DNA of 64,000 nt from Calcarisporiella thermophila CBS 279.70 (Eukaryota; Fungi; Calcarisporiellomycota), in contig NW_027192202.1 of NCBI RefSeq assembly GCF_041956535.1, positions 459,474-523,473 on the forward strand, read 5' to 3'. This document shows positions 47,597-60,988 of this stretch, in pieces. The notes under the pieces are model-generated. The model had not been told where the DNA came from and did not search any database. It saw nothing but the letters and a program-made list of their open reading frames with translations. Both the position numbers and the translations under genes were made by a program. Within the stretch, counting starts at the first letter, position 1. Every line of letters begins with the position of its first letter.

Positions 47597-48849
47597 ATGT
47601 CAACCCCATCGGATCATTCAATTCCCAATATAGATACAGCATCTGCACCGCACCACGACTCCAACGATCCCCTCACCTCGCCTACGCAACTCTTCCACAG
47701 CACAATGGACCAGCTCGCCAATTTTGGGCAGAAACTCAACCCACTTGCCCAAAGACTCAATCGTGGATTCGGTCAATTCCGTCAGGTAGATAAGAGATTG
47801 GATTGATATGCTGGTTGGATTTAAGCCTCATTTATTTTATGTTCCACTTTTCCGTGCGCGTAATAGTATGCTCAAGAAAAGATGGGCACCATCGAGGACG
47901 TGACCGAGCTGCCTCAGGACTACAAGGAGCTTGAAAAGGTATGTTCTTCCATTTCTGGATGAAAAAGCTGCCACATCTCATTCCCTCGCTCGCTTTTCTC
48001 AATTCAAGCGTGTCGATGCCCTTCGCAACATCCATCAAGGTCTTCTTCGCGTCACCCGCACCTACACCACCCGAAGCTACGACTACCCGGCTCAGCTTCA
48101 AGAATCCCTCGTTGAGATGTCTCGCACGGTCGGCGATCATCTCCAGCTACTGACACTCTCTCCTGCTGAGCGCGCTGAATTCGAAGGCGCCCAGGCCCAC
48201 AAAGCCCAACTGGAGAAGCAAGCCCCGAAGACATTAGCTCATGCATTATCTAGGGCATGTACGCAAGGCGCCGAGCAAGTTGGAGCGGAGGAGCCACTAG
48301 GAGCGGCCCTCTTCAAATGTGCTGCAATTCAAGAGAAAGTTGGCGATGCGCGGTTGAGAATGGACGACGAGGTAAAAGCGATTTTACCCATTGAGCCCAG
48401 CATGAGGGCTCTAGCCGAGTTCGAATAATGATTCACGTCTTCGTTTATTTGACATGTAGATCACAGCCAAGTTTGTTCAGCCTTTCAACACTACGCTTAA
48501 CACGCTGCTTGCCCGCGCAATGAAGGCTCGCCGCAACGTTCAGAGCCAGCGGCTGAATCTTGATGCGATTCGTGCGAAGCATCGCTCTGTCCGCCCAGAG
48601 AGAGCTGAGGCCGCACAGGTCGAAATCGAACAGGCAGAGGATCAATTTGTGGCCGCTGTCGAAGAGGCAACCACACTCATGAAGGCGGCGCTTGACTCGC
48701 CCGAGCCGCTGCGCAATCTCAGCGATTTCGTCGCCGCCCAGTTGGCCTACTTCAAGGAGGCCACCGAGTTGCTCACGAACTTGGCTCCAGAGCTGGACGA
48801 GATTCAGGTCACGCAAGAGGCCATCTATCGGAACAGCCGGAATGAATAG
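47597..48849 (+). CDS. BAR-domain protein, Gvp36-like, multi-exon (an in-frame upstream ATG exists at 47516)
   Basis: QYAQEKMGTIEDVTELPQDYKELEKRVDALR, PKTLAHALSRA, RLNLDA, IEQAEDQFVAAVEEA, AQLAYFKEA. Confidence 0.85.
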
Positions 48850-49396
48850 TGCACATAGACAAAAATCGGACGAGCGTGCGATGGGGTGCGGATGTAAGGT
48901 TTATTAGTTTTTTTTTTTTTAGCGTTAGGCTTCTTATCGTTATTCGCCTTTTGAATGATTTTATTTTTTTGTTAGTGTATTCCTTTTTAATAAAAAAAAA
49001 AAAAATAAGCCTTTTCCACCATTTTCCTCTGGGGGTGAGGTATCGAGTACTGAGTTTGCATTCTAGAAATTCATAAAATATTCTCTACTGCCATTTCGAA
49101 TCATAGAAAAAAAAAATCAAATTAACTCAATCACACGCTGGCATGACACGAGTAGAGAACAAAGGCCATATATCCGCGCCGCCAACCTCACACCATGAAA
49201 CGATGATAAATAAGTACAAACACAAAAAGATGGGCTATACTCAAGAAAAGAACACTTTATGCACCTATATATATATTTAAGTATAAATAGAAGGAGGCGG
49301 GGGAGGGGGAAGGGGGGTGGGAGCAAATCATAACTTTGGTGTTTTCAATGAATACCAAAATGAAAATGCGCTGCACCGCTATTCGCCTAACTCCAG

Positions 49397-52300
49397 TCAA
49401 TTATCCGGCTCCGTTTTACCAGACGCACTCGCTGTCGCTACCGTATCACGGAACGCGCACAGCGCGGTAGCCACGGGGATCACCTTGCGCACCCGGCGGA
49501 TGAGATCATTCATTTTCTCCTGCTTCTGGGCATCGAGTCTCCTCTGTGCTAGCTTATTGCGGCGGCTCTTGGTGGGCCAAAGTAAAACGGTGCGCTCAAA
49601 GGACCACCAGCTATACACATAATCCAATATAGAACTTATCATGAGAAATGGCGAAGAAGCAGCATCGCAGAAGAAATGAATCGTACCGGAATAGCTGCAC
49701 CTTGACAAAGTCAAGCACGAACATGTAGGCCAGCGAAACTCCCATCACGGCCAGACCCCACCACCAGCCTATCGGAGCAATACCTTCTTTCTCACCAAAT
49801 ATACCATAGATGGACATGAACCTGTGGAAAGGAAAAGGAAAAGGATCAGGGGTTAAGCCAAAATGAAGACAAAGGGCCAGTGGAAAAGGACAAGTGTCCG
49901 GGAAAACTCACATCGCAAACACCTGGGTGGCCAAGATGACAATGGTGAACACCACGGAGGGAAGGTTCTGCCAGATGTATCCCGGGATGCGAGTGGAAAA
50001 GATGACAAAGTGCGGGCAGGAGGAGATATGCAAGTACATGATGGTGTGAAGCTCGTTGTCGGTCACGTGAAATGCATCCCTCGCGACGTAGAAGTGGGCG
50101 AACGACATGGCCGACAAGAGGAGTGCCAAGACCACGCTCATAAACATCAGTTGGCCGAGACGCCACTTGTCGGGGCGTGCCGAGATCTGGGTGTTGTCCC
50201 ACGCGATCACAATCGTGGCCGCATCATTGAGCACGCAGATGAGAATTAGGAGGAGAGGGGGCATCTCCCATTGCTCGATCAGCGTGATCAGAAAGAAGAA
50301 GATGAGGAAGTGGATGGTGGACGTGATACGGTAGAGGGCGTAGGATCGCATGCGTTGGAAGATGGCGCGCGAGGTCTTGATTCCGTCGACGATGGTCGAA
50401 AGCCCCGGCGCAAGCAGAACGATGTCGGCGGCTGAGCGAGCGGCATCCGTGCAGCCATGCACCGCGATGCCGACGTTGGCTTTCTTGAGCGCTGGCGCAT
50501 CGTTCACTCCGTCTCCCGTCATGCTCACCAACAGTCCCTTCTTTTGAAGCAGCTCCACCACACGGTACTTGTGCTCGGGAATCACCTGGGCAAAGCCATC
50601 GGCGCGCACGCAATGCTCTGTCACCTCCTCCTCCGACTTGTTTGGGTCTACGAGGTGGTTCGCATCGAGAATAACCCGCTGCATTCCAAGGCGATGCGCG
50701 ACCTCCTTGGCAATGATCAGCTGATCCCCGGTGATCATCTTCACGTTCACTCCCATTTTCTGGCACTCGACGATCGTGGCCGCCGAGTCGGGCCGGGGCG
50801 GGTCCAGCAGCGAGATCATCCCGACCAGCTCGTATTGCTCGATGTCGCCCGGGATCGTGCGTGCCACTCCAAGAGCACGCAACCCACGACGAGCGAGGGC
50901 ATTCACCGCGCGCACCGCGTCATCGTTTCCACCGACCAGCTTGATGATCACCTGAGGGGCGCCCTTGGCAACCTTGAAGACCTCCTTGGTCTCCAAATTC
51001 GCAACCGTCGCGTTCGTCATCTTGGTGACCGGGTTGAATGGCAAGAAGGAGGTGACCTTGTAGCCGGGAACTTGGTGCGGGTTGGGCCGATTCCGAAGTA
51101 TCTCGAGTTGCTCCTCGGCCGCCCTGCGCACCGCGCTCTCGATTGGATCGTTGGCCCCGGGCTCCGCAGCAAGGTAGGAGTAGAGGAGAATGTCGTCGGC
51201 CGAGAAGCCAGCGCACAAGTAGGGCTCATCGAATGTGAGCTCGTTGAGGGTCAGAGTGCCGGTCTTGTCCGAGCACAGCACCGACACCGATGCCATCTCC
51301 TCTACGGCGGTCAAACGCTTCACAATGACCTTTTTGCGCGCAAGCTGCTTCGAGCCGAACGCCATGGTGACGGACATGACGGTAGGCAGCCCGACGGGGA
51401 TGGCGGCGATGGTGAGGATGAGAATCTTCTTAATCGAGTTGAGGGGGTCGCTTGCATGCGAGATCCCGAGCAGATACCCGAGCAGCACCACCACCATGAT
51501 CACGGTGATCAGAATGAGGAAGTTCCCGATCTTGTTGACGATCTTCTGGAAGTGGCCTTCTTCCGTCGTGATCGCCATGAGGTTGGCCGCACGCCCGATG
51601 AAGGTCTGGCTCCCCGTCTTGGTCACCACGGCCATTTGCTGGCCCTGCTTGATGACGGACGACGAGTACACGGTGCCGCCCTTGTTCTTGGAAACGGGGA
51701 GCGATTCGCCGGTGAGGGCAGACTGGTCCACCTGCAGGTCTCCCTCGGTGGGCTCATGATTCACGCCAATGCCCAAGAGACGCGCGTCCGACGGCACGAT
51801 ATCGCCCAGTCGGAGCACAATGATGTCCCCGGGCACAAGCTCCGCAGCGTCCAGCTCAATCAGCTTCCCATCACGCCACACTTTGGATTTGAGCGCAAGG
51901 CTTTGCTTCAATGCGTCGAGAGCGCTCTCTGCCTTTGTTTCCTCGACGAACCCGATGGTCGCGTTGACAAACAGCAGGCCAAGAATAATCCCGAAATCGA
52001 TCCAGTCGCGCGCGACGGCAGCAAGGATACAGGCCACCTCGATCAAATACGCGATGGCGCCGGTGAAAAACCCAAGGAACTTAAGGAATGGGTTGGTTTT
52101 CTTCTCCGCGAGTTCATTGCGGCCAAATTTAGCGAGGCGCTCGGCTGCCTCCTCGGAGGTAAGACCCTTCGTAGGATCTGTGTGGAGCAGCTCCTCGAGT
52201 TCAGGCGAGATTTCATCCTCATGTTCATGGTGCTCGACATGTTCGAACTCTACTCCGCCCTCTTTCTTCTCGCTCTCTTGCGGCTCCTTTTCATCCTGCT

Positions 52301-52421
52301 TGCTATCCACTTTCGAGCGGGTGTCGGAGGAATTCGGGCTTGTGGGAGTCACCTCGACCGTGTCGGTGGAGGATTCCTCAATTATACTGTCATGAGTGTG
52401 CTTTTCGTTACTAGCGGGCAT
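49397..52421 (-). CDS. PMA1: Plasma-membrane H+-ATPase (P3A), 3 exons
   Basis: DQSALTGES, AAIPVGLP, CSDKTGTLT, KGAPQVI, MITGD, TGDGVNDAPALKKA. Introns at ~49824-49911 and ~49612-49685. Confidence 0.97.
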
Positions 52422-53220
52422 TTCCAGGGGATATATTCCGTTGAGAGGAGGGGATTGATACCAAAAAGAATGGCGCAAGTGTCAATGCCTGCTCGAAGAA
52501 TGAAGAAGAGATCTAGGGCACGGAAAGGTGTCTAAGGCAGGAATTAAATGAGAAAACCAGAAAACCAGAAAAACGAAGTCAGATTCCCTGAAGTAAGAAG
52601 GATGAATTTAGTTTGTTGAAAGGAGATTTCATAAACGTTTTTCAGGACACTACTACTTTTTTAGCGAGTAACTTTATCACAGAGGTACAAAAAAATTACT
52701 CAATATGGGGCTGTTCGCACAGGGGCATTTAATATTAAGCGGGGGGAGAGAAGGAGTTATATTCGAAATAGGAAAAAAAAATAAAAGGAGAAATAAAAGG
52801 AGAAATAGTAAGAAGAAAAAAAAGAAATGCGGGGTATATAGAAAGCCCTTTATATCCGTAGTAGTTGAGAGGAACAGAAATGAAGATAACCAACTACTCC
52901 ACACCAAGTGTGGCGTCGGCTGAACTTTTTTATTCATTAATCTCCTTATGCCAAAATTTTCATATATTGGGTTTGGCCAATAAGACAATATTAAGGTCTT
53001 GGCAGAATTTATGGTTGATCGATATACCACTAGGTTTAGGTGGAGTGCGCGATTTTTCATGGTGTTGTAATAAATTGTTTTTATTTTTTTTATGTTCCGT
53101 CAGCGTATTATCTGGCACTAAGCTGTTTTATTCCATCCGAATGCCAAGAGTAAACTAAAACAATGATATGTGTAGTGGGAAAAAAAATATAGACGGTTTG
53201 ACAATAATGTATGCTTAACA

Positions 53221-54333
53221 CTATTTGAAACACGCATCCTGGTCGCATTTTACAGCCTTGTCCATGGTCCCTGACGTAATGATCCCACCCGCGTGCTGGT
53301 TCTTCTCCAGCTGCTGCTGCTCGGAAACAATCTTATTAAGCGTGAGCCTGTCCTCTTCCGCTATATTTGCAATGGTGGCACATGCGGTGAACAGTTCCGA
53401 GAGTGGGACGAGGTCGCCAAAGCTTTGCTCCCTGTATTCATACACTGCAAAAGGAAGGAAGACAGAAATCAGAATGATGTATAGCCTCCCTAGCCGGGCC
53501 AAGCTTGCTTAAATGAGTATTGTTTACCCGGGCCACCGCTGCCTTGCCTCAAAACGTATAATCCGCCGTAATGGAACCCGTCACCCTGCAAGTTTCCGTT
53601 CACGCCCTATTGTTATGGTGCAGGTTCACGCTTAACAGTAGTGTCACATGCGCAAAGAGCAAACCAGTATCTACCGATTTCACAAGCGAGCGATACATCG
53701 AGGTCCACATCCCCAGCTTGAGGAAGTTGCTCATACTGGCGACGCGCGGCTTCCCTCCCCCGAGGGCCGCGTAGAATCCCTTGTCCTTGTCCCAGTACAG
53801 CTCCCCGTTCCAATATTCATTGAATTCGTGAGCACCAAGCTGCTCGTGTACTACGGCAAGCACGCGGAAGCCCTAAAAGAGAAGGTTTTTCAATGGCGTC
53901 AGAAATCGGAAGGTACTCCGGCCAAATGGGGAGAAGGGGAGGGGGACGGGAACTGACCATCCGCTGCTCAAGAAAGTCACGGTGTTGACGTAGCAAAATA
54001 GCCTATGACAATAAAAGATATATGAATCCATAGCCTCCATTGGGTGGGTTTGAAGGAGCAGCTAGGGCCAACCTGCTCGCGACAAAAGAGACAGCCAGGG
54101 CGACGGACTGAAGAAGGCAGATAATGGAGAAGGGTGGAGGGTTAATTGCATTCCATGGCATTTTGTGTAATGAAGGAAATTCCATGTCGGGCTTATTTCT
54201 ACACACCCACTAGCACCACGGTTGGCTTGTCTTGCCAGAGATTCGTGGCGTTGAAGCTTTCGTCTTTATCCAGGTCATGAAGGGTAATGGATTCGAGAAG
54301 TGAGTATGGGGTGAGTTCTTTGGAAACGGTCAT
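53221..54333 (-). CDS. Peroxiredoxin-like 2 (FAM213/AhpC-TSA-like) thioredoxin-fold protein, multi-exon
   Basis: LWQDKPTVVL..RRPGCLFCRE (CxxC), AVVHEQLG, LYWDKDKGFYAALG, GNLQGDGFHYGGLYVL, YEYREQSFGD. Confidence 0.85.
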
Positions 54334-54612
54334 TGTGAATGGTGAAGACGAGAGTTCGAATTAGGCTTCTTTTTATTCCATTGAGGCTCTGAGATACAAT
54401 TTTCATAAATCAAGCAGAGGGGGGATATAAACAAAGATTTCACATGGATCGAATAGAAGGAAATCGAACGACCGCTCTAAGGGGGCAACGACAAATAAGG
54501 GATGCCGTCACGAAAAAGAAATATTGGCTGACTGAACTGTAAAATTGGAACTCCTCGAGGGAAACGTCGGAATGGGCTCTTAATAAGCAGAAATTCGCAG
54601 TTGTTCCGCACG

Positions 54613-55669
54613 CTAGTTTGCGGTTGCCGCATGCGACGGCAGGCAGTTGAAAATCTTGTTGACCTGCTCGGGGCCGAAGATGGTCGATTCCAAGTCACGG
54701 ATCAATCCCGTCTCCACGTCGTAGCACCAGGCATGCAGATACACTCTCTGCCCGCGATGCCACGCGTCCTGGACAAAGCCAGTGTGGGCGACCTGCTCCA
54801 CGGAGCGCATGGTGTTAAGCTCGATCAGGCGACGTTCGCGGGAAGCAGGGTCAAGAGATTCGAGCTCACTCGCATGGGCTATATGGAAATGGCGGAATGA
54901 ACAAAATCAACATCACGTCGACTCAATGCACGCACGTACCTTTGTAGACATCCTTGATAGTGCGCAGCCAGTTATCAATCAGCCCGTACTGCTTGTTTTG
55001 TAGTGCAGCTATGCACCCTCCGCACTTATAGTGGCCTGCATGAGGCTCGTCAGCATGGAGCATATACTCGGTAGTGGATGAATTTCTACTCACCGCATAC
55101 GATGATGTGCTCCACCTTGAGAACTTCAACCGCATACTGAATGACCGACAATGCGCTCAAATCGGTTGAGGTCACCACGTTAGCAATATTACGATGAACA
55201 AATAGCTCGCCGGGACTGGTTTGAACAATTTGATCCGATGGTACCCGGGAATCGGAGCATCCTATCAAAGAAAATAAGATGCTGTGAGATTTGGCATGAT
55301 GACAAGTCCTGTCCCTCTTTTTTGCTTACCTATCCAGAGAATTTTTGGTTGCTGTCCTCGAGCCATCTCTTGGAAGAGCGTTGGGCGCTGCTTTTGGAGG
55401 GTGAAAGCCCAGTTCCGGTTGTTCTCCAAAAGGCCTTTAAGATCGCCATCGTTGGCCGCAATGGGGTTGGGGGAGTTGATGGGTGTATATATAGCCTCTG
55501 CTCACAGTAATATAACCTCTTGTAAGCGTGTGCCAAAGAATAGAGCGATGCATGCTTGGACTCTACCTTTGTTCTCTTCGGCCTGCCTCTGGGATTCTGT
55601 GTCTATATTGCGACTATTCTCAGCCTCGACAGCAAGAAGGGTGTTTGAGGAATTAGTAGGATCAGTCAT
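54613..55669 (-). CDS. NCE103: Beta-class carbonic anhydrase, multi-exon
   Basis: [49 protein letters not shown], giving the Cys/His/Cys zinc ligands. Confidence 0.93.
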
Positions 55670-56412
55670 ATTGTTAGAAAGGCAGAGAAGGATGATCAAT
55701 AAAATAAGTTGATTGAGAGGGAAGGAGGGATTGTCGATGTTTATCACGTTGCGCTTTTATGGGCCGCTTTCACCTTTTTTATGGGGCAAATTATCAGATA
55801 GCGATGGGTACATGGGAAAAGCTCTGGCCCAATTCCGGATTATCGGAGAGTATACAATTTGTAGCGTCATATCCGTATCCATCCCAATTTCTCCCCATCT
55901 TTTGTGAAGCCTCCAAATTAAAAAGAATATTCTAGTAGTTCTATGGTTTCAACCCACATCTTTTGTACGTATTAATAATATGCACAAGTCACTTAACTAG
56001 GGAAGATCGTATGTGGGGGGGGGGGAATATCTTGAGGGAAAATGGCCAGGAGGATTTTCTTTCACCAAGTAGGCAAAATGAATCGGATCAAACGAGATCC
56101 GCCCGCTTTCAAATGCGGTTCTGCTCTGCCCTGAATGCCCGTCTTTTGGGCTATATTTCTTGCCGCCGAATAGGGAATAGACATTTTCCCATGGAAGGAC
56201 AGTTTAGTGGGTTACCAAACGCACAATATGTTAATAACATTAAGATTGGAGTTAGATTTTATATCTAGATATTTAAGCGGCATTATTTCTTTATTATACA
56301 TGTACACTAATGCAAGCTTAAACGGGCATGAAACTGGACAGGTCGAAGCTTCGCTGAGATAAATACATTCATCCACTTTCCAAGACTTTTTTCCCCCGAA
56401 ACCATATTGTCG

Positions 56413-59400
56413 TTACAAAAGAGGTTTAGGCATTCGCGGTTCAAAGGCTAAAGTAAGCGAGAATAAAATGAAATAGATTAAATGAAAACCCAAAGTTAAA
56501 AAGCTAAGGTAAGATGAGATGACTTAAAGAGGTACGACATACCTTTCTCGTCCAATAATCGTTGCTGCTGGCAACATGCCTCCACCCATTGAGTAGTTAC
56601 TACCCGAGGGACACGCTTTCGGCTATAATTTAGATAAAATGGGTCAAACAAACAATTTTGGTTCTCTGGCTCTAGGTGGTTTACCCTCGGAAACTTTCAC
56701 GTATCCTATCCAAGCGAGTCATGTCATTCTCATCAACAACTACGTGGGTAATATCTTCTTCAATTCTGCCTCCATCGCAGACAACTTGCCCACCATTCCA
56801 CCGGATAATAATGGAGATTCGCTTTACACTGTAGGCATTTTCATAAATATTAGGCTAATCCATTATTAAATGAATAAGATCATACCAATTGTCATTCGCC
56901 AGACTTTCACTCTGTCTGGTAAAAGCATGTGGATTCCGTGGAACATCCAAATAAATAATGAGAGGACGGAAGAGATTTCCAGGGAGTATATCATCAAACG
57001 CATCCTCAGCAATAGCGTCGATGAGGGAGTTTAGGGGACCTATGCCCGTAAGAGAGGTGGACTTATCCAATGTCATTCCCCCAAAGATCTATTCAAAAAA
57101 CGGAATAAGTTGGGATTCATGGGATCTTCCCTGCGCAACACAAAGCTAGCCTTTACCTCCCGTAGCGATTCCACCGTTAAATCCTCGGTATAGCTATCGC
57201 CCCAAGGATCCAACTGCTTTCGGAATTCACTTTGTCGCTTGTCAGTAACATGAAGCATGTATCTAATAAGATAGAAATAGGTAAATAAGATGAAGCCCCT
57301 GACTATTGGCAGAGTAGTTCGAACTTTGGTTTGAGTGGAATTAGCTCGCGAGCAGTAATACAGTCTAGCAACCACTGTGTTTTGACTATATCATGTGTGT
57401 TCTTTTGGATGATGGCTTGCGCCCGAATATCTATGATGAACGTAAAAAACTTGAGTAAACCATTCGATGAAACAAGCAGCGGCTCCTTTCCCTCTCCCAT
57501 CCCACATTACATTTTGGATCGTCCACTATGGCCAGCAAATCCCTCTTCACTTTCGGGTTTTGGTAGAATTGTCCTCCATGCTTTTTAATGAGAGTCTCAA
57601 GTTCTTGTTTAGAATACGCCTCGTTCCCCTTGAGTATCACTAAGAAAAAAAAGGTGAGATGATAAAAGTTGAATAAATGAAAACTCGAACACATACAAAA
57701 AGCCATGTTGTTAAAAATATCCGATTCCACCTCCACTTCAGAAGTGTTGGCAGCTAAGAATTCCTTTGGCACAGTATATTTTGTAGCCTGATACATAATA
57801 TACATTAATAGATTCACTCAAGGGGTCCACTGGGAGTACACGAATACCTTTCGGGTGCCCGATCTTTTCGATTTTACTTGTCTAACCACAATTGAAAAAA
57901 AGAATGCAAAACATAAAAAGTTAGTTATCAAGCAAAAGCAAGAATGAATGAAATGAACTCACTCCTGTGTGTGCTTCAAAAAACTATTTGTTCTTCCTAG
58001 GTCCTCTTGGTGCAATTTGATGAGCTCTCTCAGGGTTAGCCCATCTTTAGTATTCTTATCATCGCGGAATCTGACAAAGCGAGGAAACCGTAAAGAGTAT
58101 CCTGATCCCATCATCGCTGGGCAAAGTGGGAAGGCATATAAATATCAAGAATATCAATTAAAGATAGTTCGGTGAAGGGTCTGCTTACGGTTAAGGAGAA
58201 TGCTGCCAACTTTCAACTCCACTACGATGGACTCGTTGGGATGTATATAGACATCAGGTTTGTCTCGAGAGCCGCTCCCAAAGCCTAGCCAAGTTGGCGG
58301 GTTGGTAGGGTTGAAGCGCTTCCAACTGGTAAGCCGTTGGCTACGGGAAATGAGCAAGAGTCTTCAGTCGCTGAAAGAAGCAAGAGTGTTTTCTGCACCT
58401 ACTTGAATTCATCCAACTGTTCGTTCGAATATCCGGATCCAAACCGACATAGAGTCAACCATCTGTTGGTTCACAATAGTCCAGAATTAATAAGAGAAGA
58501 CGGAGGGGATCCAACAAAATTTTAAAAACACACTTCTCAGAGTCTGAATCAGAGTCACGGACTGCGCAAAGAAAGTGGGAGAGCTTATCTCCACGTCTTC
58601 CCGCTCCATAATATCCTCCTAATGAATACAGTATCAACCCAAATCCACAATAAATCGTCCAACAGTATACTCACCCACAATGACTACATCCAAATTATCA
58701 ACAAATTCATGCAGGTAGTCAGGCTTCAGCTTGATCCAGCTCTTTGTCCGTTCATTTAATACATATTTGCTCTTGGGATTTTTGATCATCAAACCTTCAT
58801 TCCTAAGATCAGATCAAAAGTTGAACCCAGCCAAAAAAAATCATCAAAGCAAACTTAGTTTACCCCTCCAGGATTGTCTGCTCGAGTGCATCATCGATAT
58901 CTTTTTTAGTTGAGCCAAGATTATGTGGCAATATCATGATATATCCCTTTTTATCTTCGACAATACGCCTGGCAATTTCGTAGCGTTTATCAAGAGGTTG
59001 GTCGAGCAGTGGTGTGCCGTTGCAATAGAGTGCGTCAAATATAACAACTGATATATTATACACAAGTTTAGTTTATAGCAGCCGCAGGTAATTGATGTAG
59101 TTTGATACGTACAGCAAGGACGTGGCTTGTCTGGGTCCACAGACATGTCTGAGGAGTATAAATTTTAAAAAGAGAGAGGAGATTAACAAGACAAGGCTTA
59201 AAAAGAATTTATCGCGCTATTCACCTAATCCAACCGATTTTAGAGTGCCAAATTCAAGAAAAATATCTATTATTGGGTCGTATGCAACCATTTCGCCATC
59301 CAATATAACACTGAGCACAGTAGGGGTTAGAAAATAATCGACGACGGTCGACCAACTGCTATACAAACCTGTCAATATTTTGATGAAATTGATCATATAT

Positions 59401-60841
59401 GAATGGCGTCAGAGAGCCTTCATCTTTGTTTGCGCCATAAATGTAGGTATAATCTTTTGCATTCCTAAAGTTGGGATGAACATGAGGTCAAGTTAATTTG
59501 GACATTCATGAGGTCATATATATTACCGTGACCAATACTGAAACTCTGCACCCTTCACGTGGAGTTGTATTCGCTCACCGTCTAATTTCTGTTCAAGCCA
59601 AAAAGGTTCTTTGTTCATGGCCTCCGGAATTTGATCGATAGCGTCCACACGCGAAGCCAGCATTGGTTTAAAAGGCAGAAATATCGAGACAGGCTACGGC
59701 GGAAAGAGGTGCAGAATGTATAATGTGATGGTCAAACCAAATAAGCCATATAAAGATTACCCCAGTGTGGAGTCGAACTTGAGGATCAAAGAGATCCTCA
59801 CATACTTTTTTCAGGTCACTGCAAGTATTGAAAAGATCGTATGCGTCCGGATGAAAAGCCTTGAAAACGGTTCTCTCACTGATTCCAATCTTTAAATCTT
59901 AAAATAAATATGAGCATATGAGAAAATGGCTCGATAAGCAAGGATCCAAACCTTTTAATATAATTCTAATAATCCACTTTTGTTCCGTGGCAGAGCATTC
60001 GAGGAAAAACCGTCGAAGAACGGAAGCTTGGGTATCTCTGCGGAAACCAGCAAAAGCTTCAATATACTGCATATACATGGATAAGAGAGCAGTATATACT
60101 TGTCCACCGCATTACTGAGCCGATCTAGCTGCTCATTCACCTCGTAAATGGTCATAAAGCTCCTCCCTGTCAGAGTTGACCGCTTTGCAATAATACCGAA
60201 TGCGATCTCCGCGAAATCACCAGCTAGTTTCTAAAAATGAAAATGAGTAGAGTATAGAGCTTGGAGGAGCGATAAGGCCCATATGATTGCTACCAATTTT
60301 TTGGTTCCAGGCAGACGCCAATGTATCAAATTTTTTGCGTCTTCAGAATCCTTTCCTAGGCCAAGGACATGCACGTAGAGCTTTGCTAACTTGGTCTCTT
60401 CCAGCTTGTACATCTTACGCCCTCTATCTATCTAAATTCAGGCAATTTGGGAATGAAATTCTGGTTCGAAAACATGGCTGTTTGGAATAATTAAGTGGGT
60501 TTTTACATGGGAGAGGATCAGCCTCATGGCCGGATAGATATCACCGAAATATCGCCTCCAACCCTTTGATGTAGACATGAGATAAAAGAACATCGTTAGC
60601 ATAACAGTGTACATAGTTAACACATGGGGAGAGTTTTATTTACAGTAAAATATCTGTGCAATATGGCTTCTTTTCTTATTTTGCCTTGCATGCCAGACAT
60701 TAGTTCGAAGAGTCGAGCAAGATCCGAAAAGAGGGGCTTTCTTTGAGTGCCTGGCAGCTGCGTCTGGGATTGAGTTAATTGAGAGGACGAAGATGCAGAT
60801 GCGTCTGCATCTTCCGGCGAGATTGGTGACGCCTCTGACAT
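56413..60841 (-). CDS. LIG4: DNA ligase IV (NHEJ), many exons, with C-terminal BRCT domains
   Basis: Adenylation motif FWLEQKLDGERIQLH, ILDGEMVAYD, EGLMIK, WIKLKPDY, GGYYGAGRRG and SLRFPRF. BRCT motifs IVKTQWLLDC and RVVTTQWVEAC. Confidence 0.93.
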
Positions 60842-60988
60842 CCCAAAATATGGCTAATTACATCGAGTTGAGTTCAAACGCGACAAACATTTTGGCCGCC
60901 AATTATTCTGTGACTCGCCCTTGGCTTAGGAATTAAATGAAATTACGCGTAGAACTCGAAAAAAGTATAGTATCAATTGTTTAAACTA
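60842..60988. promoter_or_regulatory. 147-bp bidirectional promoter with MCB-like elements
   Basis: ACGCGA at 60878-60883 and ACGCGT at 60945-60950, in AT-rich DNA between LIG4 and the divergent gene. Confidence 0.5.

Noticed and set aside
50457-52535. 692-aa plus-strand ORF and other ORFs overlapping PMA1
   Set aside because: Antisense shadow of a gene with strongly G/C-ending codons. No recognisable domain.
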